A stretch of 64,000 nucleotides of DNA from Isurus oxyrinchus (lineage: Eukaryota): positions 97,092,001-97,156,000 of the forward strand of contig JANJGN010000016.1 in assembly GCA_026770705.1 (NCBI GenBank), written 5' to 3'. This document shows, in pieces, positions 24,379-34,529 of the stretch. The notes below the pieces were generated by a model, which had not been told where the DNA came from, made no database searches, and saw only the letters and a program-made list of their open reading frames with translations. The number at the start of each line of letters is the position of its first letter. The first letter of the stretch is position 1. Position numbers and translations under genes: made by a program.

Positions 24379-26650
24379 ATGGGAGGTCTCAACAGCAGAG
24401 CGGGCTCTGCCACTCCCCCCGCTTCTCAAAGTACTAAGAACAAACTGAAACCAGCAAAACCGGATCTTAAATCAGGAACTTTGAAGATGGGTAAGAAAAC
24501 AAAAAAAAAGTAGTAGTGGAATACCCAGGGGTTCAAGTCCCCTGGAGGTGAAAAGTAAGTAATTTCTGTGTTTTCTTTTGTGTCCATTACAGTCCTGAAA
24601 TTGTCCAATATGTTTCTGATTGAGTTAAATGGACTCAAAAGTAAAGGAGAGAGATTCCCACCAACTGGAACTTTTAATTGGGAAAGATTTGAGCGCTTAT
24701 AATATGTTTTAAGGGAGGTAGATAGTCCGCTACTGAATTTTCTGTAACTTAAAAATAAATGAATTGATCTAAGTTACAAGAGCTGTTTGTGCTGAAGAGA
24801 GAGAGAGAGAGAGAAAGGGTACCCCCAGAGGGTTAATGAGTAATTGACAAGCAGCAGCAGAGAAAATGTGAGCTTTCGTCAGTTTGAAGGTCCCTATACG
24901 TGGAGCCTTCAAGATCCCTTTATTCTCCCCACTGCTACTTGAAGCTTCGTTTAGAGTTAAGTTTAATGTTATAGGAATATCGATACATACCTTTATCTAT
25001 GTGTTCGTTTGTGTGCAATGAAGCATTTGTATGTGAGCTTTAATGTGTTTTCTTCCCTGAATTGTCTTTTGTGTGTGTAGTTGAGCACTTTAGAGTCAAA
25101 AGCCCCCTGTTAGATTAAAGGAAAAGTTTATTCAAATATTCCAAAGTTTTGAGTATAAGGTTTGAGTTGAGATTTCTGGCAAAAATCGTAATTTGAAGGT
25201 AGTGTAAAGATAAAACAGGGCTTGCCTTTGTTTTGAACCAATCCTTGTACCACCCCCCTTGCAGACTAGTAGGGAATAACCCTCATCATCAGCTTCCAAG
25301 CTGATTGTGATTAATACATAGGAGTTAGTAATCTAAAATTCTGAGAAAAAGAAATTACTTGAAATTCAGAAGGATTCTAGGAAAACGAAAAGACATAAAC
25401 ACAAGGTCTAGATGGTTCCAATGGATAAAAAAGGGTTTCTTATGAAGAGATGAATTAAATATTAAAGGAAACCTGCTTTCCAAAAGCACTGGAATTTGAA
25501 TTGGGGACGGGACAATCTTGAGATGTAAAGTGCAGTGTAATTTAACAGGTTACTTTTGAATCACTAGGATACTAAGATAAAGAATGTGTCGATAAACATA
25601 CGGAAATTATAACTTGGATACAAATTATTACACATGAAAAAGAGGTTGTTTTAATTTTGATAGTGTAAATTACAGTTCTTACAAAGTTTAAAAATTTGAG
25701 GTTTGGTTCTTGATAAAGTTCTCAAAAGGGAATTTTCATTTTAAAAGATCTGACAACAATTGGCACTAATTCAAGTGCTGCAAGCTTTTGTGTTTGTAAG
25801 TCTTCCCAAAATATGAAGCTAAGCTCAAGACCTTGGCAAAATTTGGCAGAAATCCAATTTTTGGCTGAGTTAATGAATCTGAGATTATTCTAAAAGAAAA
25901 GGGTCAGACATAATTTAGTGGGTTACTTTTAAGACAATAAAATCTTTGAGAAGAAGAAAAGGAAGCAAAGCATGCCAATACCTGATTTCTGTTTTAAAAC
26001 TGGTATGAGAATACTTTATTGGATTGTAAAGTCTCTCCAGACAACCTGAACAAGATAAGCTGGTAGCTGTTGCAAGCGTAAACTGGTATGAGGAAAGTAG
26101 GAGAATGAGTCAGGGAAAGAGGACATAATGTACAAACTGTTTTAAGGGAAATGAATTTGATAATCTGGCCATCAACTGAGGCATTGGAACGGGGGAGATA
26201 AGCAAAGATCTAGAGACAGAGATCCCCATTAAAATGGAATAGTTAATATGGCTTAAAGAGTAAGGAAACATTTTAAACAATCAAGACAATAGAGAAACTG
26301 AACTCAAGAGATCCTTAGGATGATCATGATCAGGAAAGAAAAACTTAGAGGTAAAGCTATGAGGAATCTGTAGTTCAGGAATTGAAATATAAGGAGAAAT
26401 AATACTTAACAGCAATTTACCAAAATATGGATACAGGTAAAGGGAAAGCTGGAAAAAGGCTAAATAGATGTATTATTGATTATATTAATGTGCCTGTGAG
26501 CTACAAAAAGTAAAACCATAGGATTAACACCTTGATGACAGGCAGAGTTAAGCAGTTCTCAGAGAACCATCACTGGAAGTGAAGACACTGAGCCATTGAA
26601 AGAAAAGATAAGAAGGTGCATTGTAGAGTTGTTTAAGGAATTGAGATCTG
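24379..26650 (+). pseudogene. gag: Highly decayed gag-like region
   Basis: ATG GGA (MGGLNSR, myristoylation-type start) directly after a pyrimidine-tract/AG acceptor. RFPPTGTFNWERF at ~24652 resembles the matrix WP..GTF motif. The rest is A-rich with many stops; the 3' limit is uncertain. Confidence 0.45.
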
Positions 26651-26688
26651 ACATGAGACAGCAGCAGGAGAAAGTAAACTGGAAGGAG

Positions 26689-27220
26689 TGGGGGTGCCTA
26701 CCCAAATGGATTCAGATCAGGGAACTAATTTCACAGGCAGAGTCATTAAAGAAGTGTGTAATCTTATGGAGATTAAACAGAAATTCCATATTCCTTACCA
26801 TCTCCAGAGTCCAGGGATGATGCAAAGGATGAACTGAACTTTAAAAAAAATCAATCAAGAGACGGAACAGCCCAATATTCTAATGCGCTGTGGGCTACCC
26901 CAAGCAGGACCACCAGGTTCACCCCATTTGAAATGATAACAGGTAAGGGCCATGCAATTACCTGAAGGTATTATAGTAGGAGTTGTAGGGCCAGAGAGGA
27001 AAAATACAGGACAATGAAAGGGAATTAAATAGGCAATTACATAAGTTGAGAGAGGAAGTTAGCGACTGACAGATGATTAAGGATATGGATACAGGCAAAC
27101 CCAAAGAGCAACAATGGACCATACCAGGTAATTATGACAGGTGATTCATGCGCACTTGTAGATACAAGAACAAGAAGTAAATGGAGGTATTACACACAGT
27201 TAAAGTTACATGACAATTGA
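26689..27220 (+). pseudogene. pol: Integrase remnant 1 (core C-terminal half plus GPY/F tail)
   Basis: WGVPTQMDSDQGTNFTG...FHIPYHLQSPGMMQRMN*TLKK, then NGPYQVIMTGDSCALVDTRTRSKWRYYTQLKL. Confidence 0.85.
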
Positions 27221-28170
27221 CCAAGCGGTAACCCGGAGAACGGGAACCGATGTTAATGTCTCCACAGATCTACAATCCTGGTCGTGGGCCTTTCAGTACT
27301 GGCAACAAGGTCGGGGATCATCACAACTCATTCTGCACCGCAGGAGGAACTTTGGCACAGCATGGACAGTGCCGAATGCGACGCGCAATGGGGAATGATA
27401 AATGTAACGGTAGGAGAACAAATGCTTTCAAATTGTAGTAAGGGTTTGCTTCAGATCGAGCATGGGAGGTCCGCCACTACTCAGCCACCTCCCACCTCTA
27501 CTTTCACAGTCTGAGTAGAGGAAATTGAAGCCCCTCAAACCACACTGACTGATCCATCTTGTCCGACTATGCATCCAGGACCGACGAATGGTTTGGTACT
27601 GGTTAATCAGAAGTTTTGTATGGTAATGTACACCACGAGCTGGTACCCATAGTCTTTAATGTATCCGGGATCGTCCTGCCCCAATGGTACTCAACCCATA
27701 CCCAAGCACTCTATACGGCTCTGACGCGCCTGTTGCTGACTGAAGCAGTTCAGTTCAGTGGCGAGATGCGATTAGGCTTGGGAGGGAACCACGTTAAGCG
27801 CAGCCTGATAAATGACGCTGCTACAATATTCAATATAGGGACATCATTGGTTAACCCAAAGCCTGGTACCGTGCTCGAAAGTCATGCGGGGACTATCAAT
27901 AAATTAACTGAAATAGGGAAAAATATTTCAGACGAAGCAAGCAGGAATGATATATGTGACACCTATGGATCTTGGGCACTGGATCAAGCCCGAGAAAATT
28001 TAAGACAGAGTTAAGAAGGGGTAGTCCCTGTATGGGTAACTAATGAGCATTTATTAATCTCTCACAACACAGGAATCATGACTTGACCGGTTGCCAGCTC
28101 AGGGGTTTAACACGTGTATGTTGAATGTATAGTGAATAGTAATATGCTAATAGGCATTGTATTAGTAATA
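27210..28170 (+). pseudogene. env: env-like remnant 1, non-gamma type (possibly F-protein-like class I fusion glycoprotein)
   Basis: Lies directly after the integrase. LYGNVHHELVPIVFNVSGIVLP, basic cleavage site HVKR followed by hydrophobic SLINDAATIFNIGTSLVN, a heptad-like helix, then LIGIVLVIP(VIP) read across the Penelope TSD. No CWIC or ISD motif seen. Confidence 0.55.
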
Positions 28171-29894
28171 GAAACTTCCTTCTACCTCTCCCTGGAACAT
28201 AACCCCACCACTGAACATCAAGCCATTGTTTCCAGGACTGTCACTGACCTCATGTCCTCTCGGGATCTTCCTTCCACAGCTTCCAACCTGATAGTCGCCC
28301 AACCTCGGACGGTCCGCTTCTACCTCCTACCCAAAATCCACAAACAGAACTGCCCCGGTAGACCGATCGTGTCAGCTTGCTCCTGCCCCACAGAACTCAT
28401 TTCTCGTTATCTTGACTCCCTTCTCTCTCTCCTTGTCCAGTCCCTTCCCAGCTACATCCGTGATTCCTCTGACACCTTACATCACATCAACAATTTCCAG
28501 TTCCCTGGCCCCAACTGTTTCCTTTTCACCATGGACATCCAATCCCTCTATACCTCCATCCCCCACCAGGATGGTCTGAGGGCCCTTAGCTTCTTCCTCG
28601 AACAGAGGCCCAAACAATCCCCATCCACCACTACTCTCCTACGTCTGGCTGAACTTGTTCTCACACTGAACAATTTCTCCTTCAACTCCTCTCACTTCCT
28701 CCAAATAAAAGATGTGGCTATGGGTACCCACATGGGCCCCAGCTATGCCTGTCTCTTTATGGGGTATGTGGGACATTCCTTGTTCCAGTCCCAGTCCGGC
28801 CCCCTTCCACAACACTTTCTCCGGTACATCGATGATTACTTCGGTGCTGCTTCATGCTCTCGTCGGGACTTGGAAAAGTTTATTAATTTTGTTTCCAATC
28901 TCCACCCCTCCATCATTTTCACGTGGTCCATCTCTGACACTTCCCTTCCCTTCCCTGACTTCTCTGTCTCAATCTCTGGTGATAGACTGTCCATCAATAA
29001 CCATTACAAGCCTACTGACTCCCACAGCTACCTCGACTACAGCTTCTCACACCCTGCTTCCTGTAAGGACTCCATCCCATTCTCTCAGTTCCTTCGCCTC
29101 CGTCGCATCTGTTCCGATGATGCTACCTTCAAAAACAGTTCCTCTGACATGTCCTCCTTCTTCCTTAACCGAGGTTTTCCACCCATGGTCGTTGGCAGGG
29201 CCTTCAACCGTGTCTGGCCCATCTCCTGCGCATCCGCCCTCATGGCTTCTCCTCCCTCCCAGAAACATGACAGGGTCCCCCTTGTCCTCACTTATCACCC
29301 CACCAGCCTCCGCATTCAAAGGATCATCCTCCACCATTTCCACCAACTCCAGCATGATGCCACCACCAAACACATCTTCCCTTCACCCCCCTGTCGGCAT
29401 TCCGTAGGGATCGTTCCCTCTGGGACACCCTGGTCCACTCCTCCATCACCCCCTACTCCTCAACCCCCACCTATGGCACCACCCCATGCCCACGCAAAAG
29501 CTGTAACACCTGCCCCTTCACTTCCTCTCTCCTCACCGTCCAAGGGCCCAAACACTCCTTTCAAGTGAAGCAGCATTTCACTTGCATTTCCCCCAACTTA
29601 GTCTACTGCATTCGTTGCTCCCAATGTGGTCTCCTCTACATTGGAGAGACCAAATGTAAACTGGGCGACTGCTTTGCAGAACACCTGCAGTCTGTCCGCA
29701 AGAATGACCCAAACCTCCCTGTCGCTTGCCATTTTAACACTCCACCCTGCTCTCTTGCCCACATGTCTGTCCTTGGCTTGCTGCATTGTTCCAGTGAAGC
29801 CCAACGCAAACTGGAGGAACAACACCTCATCTTCCGACTAGGCACCTTACAGCCTTCCGGACTGAATATTGAATTCAACAACTTTAGGTCTTGA
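28171..29894 (+). pseudogene. Penelope RT plus GIY-YIG endonuclease, one frameshift near 29390
   Basis: FYLLPKIHK, GRPIVS, MDIQSLYTSIP, AMGTHMGPSYA, RYIDD; Cys linker CPRKSCNTC in the shifted frame; VYCIRCSQCGLLYIGET and PSGLN (GIY-YIG). Confidence 0.92.
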
Positions 29895-30277
29895 ACTCCC
29901 TCCTCCATCCCCACCCCATTTCTGTTTCTTCCCCCTTCCTTTTATTTTTTTCCAATAAATTATATAGATTTTTCTTTTCCCACCTATTTCCATTATTTTT
30001 AAATATTTTAAAATCTTTTATGCTCCCCCACCCTGACTAGAGCTATACCTTGAGTGCCCTACCATCCATTCTTAATTAGCACATTCATTTAGATAATATC
30101 ACCACCTTCAACACCTCTGTGTTCTTTTGTTCTGTTGTCTGTGACATCTTTTGATGATCTGCTTCTATCACTGCTTGTTTGTCCCTACAACCACACCACC
30201 GCCCTCCACTTCTCCCCCCTCCACAAACCTTAAACTTTAAACAAGCTTATATTTCACCCCTTCCTTGGACTCACTCA

Positions 30278-30316
30278 AGTTCTGTTGAAGAGTCATGAGG
30301 ACTCGAAACGTCAACT
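30278..30316 (+). ncRNA. Minimal type I hammerhead ribozyme-like motif in the Penelope 3' repeat (variant core CUGUUGA)
   Basis: AGTT-CTGTTGA-A-GAGTC-atgag-GACTC-GAA-ACGT-C^AACT: stem I AGUU/AACU, stem II GAGUC/GACUC, palindromic ACGU stem III, predicted GUC cleavage after 30312. Confidence 0.7.
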
Positions 30317-30404
30317 CTTTTCTTCTGCACCGATGCTGCCAGACCTGCTGAGTTTTTTCAGGTAATTCTGTTTTTGTATTGTATTAGTAATACCTGTCAT
30401 ACCT

Positions 30405-31015
30405 ATGTCAATGACATAACCCAGGCAAGACGCCCACAGTGACTGCTGGTACGGGACCCCAGGCATGGGGCCCATTTGTAGACCTACAAATGGACTTTAT
30501 ACAAATGCCTAAATGTATGGAATATAATTATGTTTCAGTTCTAGTATGTTTGTTCTCATGATGGATGGAGACATATCCCACCCGACGGAATGATGCTGAT
30601 GTTGTTGTAAAATTGTTGGTCATTTTACTGCTAAAGTGATAAAGGAACTGTTGAAGGCCTTACAATGCAACCATCACCTTTCCTGCCCATACTACCCCCA
30701 GTCTACAAGCTAAATTATGTGAAGAAACCAGTTTGAAAGGTACTGAAGCTCTACCCTTGGCACTCATGACTATGTGCTCTCACCCTAACTGTCTCAAGAG
30801 CTTGCATATACAGGTAGTAGAAGCTCAGAAGAAAGCCCACCATTGAAGATTGTCATCAATACCAGCCCAAGGACCTAGTCCTGGTAAAGACCTTCAGGAC
30901 AAAGAACTTTTTGGAACCTCGACGGGAAGAACATTTCCAAGTCATGCTCACCACCCAAATGGCCATAAAGGTTGAAGGATGCCCTTGTGGATCCATGCAT
31001 CGCGCATCAAGCAGA
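30405..31015 (+). pseudogene. pol: Integrase remnant 2 (gamma/epsilon-like)
   Basis: CQ*HNPGK, WGPFVDLQMDFIQMPKC, LVCLFS, PYYPQS, QPKDLVLVKTF, FQVMLTTQMAIKVEG, WIHASRIK. Confidence 0.88.
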
Positions 31016-31029
31016 CGCTGACCTTGGAC

Positions 31030-31200
31030 TTGTGCAAGAACTTTAACTGAGCCGTCAGAACGCTGACTCTGGTTTGAATCCTGTCCTGCGTGGTCCTTGC
31101 AGGGGCATGAACTACCAATTCTGCTGTTCAATGAATGCAGGCTGTAGCCTCGCAAGTTAATCAGACTAAATGTTGGATTTGTACTCATTTTCCTCTATGC
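31030..31200 (+). pseudogene. env: N-terminal fragment of a gamma-type env (env remnant 2)
   Basis: AVASQVNQTKCWICTHFP with CWIC at 31171-31182, shortly downstream of WIHASRIK. Confidence 0.7.
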
Positions 31201-31225
31201 AAAACAGCAGCTGAATTGCAAGAAA

Positions 31226-31325
31226 GGGTGGAAAGGACCCTAACTTGTGCTGCTAACAACTCAAAAGGCCCTGAAGATTAAAGGGAAGGAAGACTGGGTC
31301 CACACCACTCATGGTAAAAAACATT
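31226..31325 (+). pseudogene. pol: Integrase C-terminal remnant 3
   Basis: WKGP*LVLLTTQKALKIKGKEDWVHTTHGKK, matching the WxGPxxVLLTT...WxHxxxxK tail. Confidence 0.8.
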
Positions 31326-31371
31326 GTCCAGCAGTCCTAGAATTGTCATTATCAGTGAATTAACTTGTATT

Positions 31372-32525
31372 ATGTATTGGATACTGTTCTTTGTTATATT
31401 CCGCAGGGTATACCCAAGGGACCCTCACCCAAACACCTTTTCGTCTCTATGCCGCACCTATGCTAGAGAAGTAGGACAGGGTGCCTGTTGGATATGCGCC
31501 CAGACTCCCCAACATGGGGGAGAGACAGGTAATTGGCGTGCTGTTCCTCTAAATGACACTGAGTATGCTGACGTTCGAACTTTTAATATTGTAACACCGC
31601 AGCACAATATGTTTAGGGGTTAGTTCCGTTGATCGCCACCTGCCAATGGGTGAAACTATACAAAACATGGGATTAGGATTAGACCCCCACTAGAGCCGGT
31701 AAATGCTACTTGTTGGTGTTCCATCATTACACTCAGCACTTATGATCTGGGACGGAGCTCCTGTCATACTACAGTATCATACATCTTTGACCTATCTGTC
31801 CGAAAGCCCGCCGGTACTGAACATCCACCAGACTCTCTTAATGGTACATACTGGGTTTGTGGAGATAAAGCTTACCCCTAGTTGCCTGGGATGCCTCAAC
31901 TATCCCTTTTCTCTAATGTTCCTGTAGGAAATTGGGAAAAGAACGAAACCACTCCCACCTGGAGTGGCTGTTGCTACCTAACATACTTAAATCCCTATCT
32001 TCACCATATAAGTAAATCAGATATGCACTCACATCGGCGCCTACATCGCCATGGCATCTCGGAAACTGGATGATTGCTTTGCCCCCTTATGGATCGGCTC
32101 GTAATTCACGTGAAATTATCAACCTGGCAGCTGCGCTTGAAAAAGTTGCTAATTCAACGGCTGATGCTCTGATTAAAACATAGAAGCAGATCTCAGCTAG
32201 CACCACTAAAATGATAATATTACGCCTAACCGTATTACAGAACAGGATGGCCCTTGACTTCCTTCTAGCTGAAAAAGGTGGCACTTGTGCTATGATAGGC
32301 TCAGAGTGCTGCCCTTATGTACCCGATGTCTCTGAAAATATCACTGACTTGGGACAGCATGTCATGGACAAGGTACAAGAAATAAAGAAGGCTGGGGAAA
32401 GTTCGAGCAACTTTTAGAGAAGCTCACTGGTGGGGAGAGAAAGTTTATTCGCCAGGGACCCGCCTTTTCCTCATGGTTATGAACTCCCATATGATGAAGA
32501 AGATATTATTCCTCACTGGTGTTAA
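31372..32525 (+). pseudogene. env: Gamma-type env remnant 3 (SU plus TM ectodomain), disrupted, no membrane anchor seen
   Basis: MYWILFFVIF signal-like start, ACWICAQTP, NGTYWVCGDKAYP*LP, WSGCCYL, RRLHR furin-like site, ISD LQNRMALDFLLAEKGG, and CX6CC (CAMIGSECC). Confidence 0.9.
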
Positions 32526-32528
32526 TCT

Positions 32529-32554
32529 AAAAGAAAAGATTAACAAGGAGGGAC
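32529..32554 (+). promoter_or_regulatory. Polypurine tract
   Basis: AAAAGAAAAGATTAACAAGGAGGGAC directly before the TG of the 3' LTR. Confidence 0.7.
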
Positions 32555-32815
32555 TGTGGAGGAATAAAATACATGTATAATTGTGAATGAAATAAACTAC
32601 ATGTATAACTGGGAAAGTACATTGAAATACATGTATAATGAAATTACTGTAGAATGCCCCCAAACAGTCACGCAGCCAGCACATAAATTAGCAAATCAAA
32701 GGGCCAGTGCTATCTGCCCAGACAAAGGGGCTCCGGATGTCAGATACTGTTGCAAAATCCAAGAGAGAAAAAACTATTGTGTGTGCATTGCCCAAGATAT
32801 GTAGCCATTAACACT
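32555..32815 (+). repeat. ERV 3' LTR, truncated after ~260 bp
   Basis: Matches 23434-23690 and stops at GCCATTAACA, where an inverted Penelope tail begins. Confidence 0.9.
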
Positions 32816-32916
32816 ACAAGAACAGAATTACCTGGAAAAACTCAGCAGGTCTGGCAGCATCGGCGGAGAAGAAAAGAGTTGACGTTTCGAGTCCTCATGA
32901 CCCTTCGACAGAACTT
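32816..32916 (-). mobile_element. Penelope 3' terminal fragment containing the whole hammerhead motif (32877-32915)
   Basis: Reverse complement of 30277-30377 with few differences; core CUGUCGA, stem II GGGUC/GACUC; no TSD. Confidence 0.88.
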
Positions 32917-34529
32917 CAGGGTTGCATCTGGACAAGACTGGGACCAATGTCCTTGTGGGGAGGTATTGATTGTGGAGGGTTTAAACTAAATTGGCAGGGG
33001 GATGGGCACTGTCCTATAGAAGTAGAAAAGTGGACTATGGTGTATAAAGGAGTGAGGGTGTTGGACAGAACTAGAGAAGGCAGTCGCACATATTTGATAG
33101 GAGTGGAGTTAGAAGGACTATGACATATACAATGACAGGATTGCAATGCATGTATGTAAATGCACACAGTGTGGTGAATGAAGTTACTGAGCTACAGTCA
33201 CAAAGAGCTGTGTTGTTACAATAGTGGAGATGTCGTGAAAATGGTGAGGACTGTGTGCTCAATATTCAAGGTAATAAAGTGTTCTGAAAAAAATAAGGAG
33301 AGAGAAAAGGGAGCTGGGGTGACAGTACTGATTGGGGAAGAGATTGTCGTGTTGGAAAGAGGGGATGTCCGTGAGAGGGAAAAGACAGAATCCATTTGAT
33401 TGGAGTTCGGAAGTAAAAAGGGGATGAACACATGACTGAGGGTATTCTATAGACTCCAAATAGTGAGCGAGAGAGATAGAGGAACAAATCTGCAGGGAAT
33501 TGGCAGAGATGGACAAGAACTATAGAGTGGTGAATTTGGGGATTTTAATAACCCAAATATCGATTGGGATAATATGAGAGTAAAGGGTAGGGAGGGAGAT
33601 GAATTTCTGAAATGTGTTCAGGAGAATTTCCTTGATCAGTGTGTTGCCAGTCCAACTAGAAAGGAGGTATTGCTGGACCTGGTGCTGGGAATGAGGTGGG
33701 CCAAGGGACCAAGTGTCTGGGGGGAAGCATTTGGGTAACAGTGATCATTGTACCATTGTAATGGAGAAGAGCGAGCAACAATCTAAAGTAGATGGTCTAA
33801 ATGGTAAAAGGGCTCATTTCAATGGGAGAAGAAGGGAAAAAGCCAGAGTACCTTAGAACAAAATATTGACAGGAAAATCTATAACAGAACAATGGGGGAT
33901 CTTTAAGGAGGAGATCTTTCAGATATAGGCTAGGTACATTTCAAAAAGGGTGAAAGGGAGGGGCAATAAAGCTAGATATCCTTGGATGTCAAGGGAGATA
34001 GACAATATGATGAAACAAAAAAAAGGAGTGCGTGATGCATGTCAGGGGAATTCTTCAAGTGAGAACAAGGTCAAATACAATCGGTAGAGAGGGGAAGTGA
34101 AGAGGAAATAAGCCTGGCAAAGAGACAGAGTCTGAGAATAGAATGGCAGTCAACATAAAAGGGAATCCAAAAATCTTCTACCAGCGTGTAAATAGTAAAT
34201 GGGTAGTAAGAGGTGGAGTAGGTCTGATGAGGGACAGAGAGGATGAGATATGCTAAGAGTTGCAGGGCTAGGATAGCATAATTAATGAGTTCTTCGTATC
34301 AGTGTTTACCAAGGAGGAGGAATCAATAAAAATATTTGTAGCAGAGAAAGTGGAGGCAATGAGTAGTGTGAAAATTGAGAGGGAGGAATTATCGGGAAGG
34401 CTGGATATCCTTAGACTGGATATGTCAGCTGGTCCAGATGGCTTACATCCCAGGTAGTTAAAGGAACTGGGAGTGGATATATTGGGAGGGATTGTTATAA
34501 TCTTCCAGTCTTCCCTAGACACAGGGGAG
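32917..34529 (+). mobile_element. Continuation of the second CR1: end of ORF1 esterase, ORF2 endonuclease and linker
   Basis: GLHLDKTGTNVL...EGLN*, YVNAHSV, GVFYRL, GDFNNPNIDW, LLDLVLG, LGNSDH, NEFFVSVFTKE, GPDGLHPR, IIFQSSLDTGE. Ends abruptly before the RT domain. Confidence 0.87.

Larger units (their letters stand above)
28171..30377 (+). mobile_element. 5'-truncated Penelope-like element (Neptune-type) with a 15-bp TSD
   Basis: TSD ATTGTATTAGTAATA at 28156-28170 and 30378-30392. Contains RT and GIY-YIG coding sequence and a 3' terminal repeat with a hammerhead motif. Confidence 0.93.
23434..32815 (+). mobile_element. Defective endogenous retrovirus (LTR-PBS-gag-IN/env x3-PPT-partial LTR); no RT recognised
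   Basis: Paired LTR starts TGTGGAGGAATAAAATACATG at 23434 and 32555, plus a PBS, a PPT and decayed gag, integrase and env motifs. Confidence 0.92.

Noticed and set aside
24796-24814. (GA)n microsatellite inside the ERV
   Set aside because: Short ordinary slippage repeat.
28114-29568. 484-aa ORF as an intact env-RT fusion protein
   Set aside because: The first 19 codons are ERV env remnant upstream of the TSD, in frame by chance with a 5'-truncated Penelope ORF. The start is GTG and the C-terminus is out of frame after ~29390.
28712-29914. Alternative-frame and antisense ORFs over the Penelope element
   Set aside because: Shadow ORFs of a C-rich coding strand, with no motifs.
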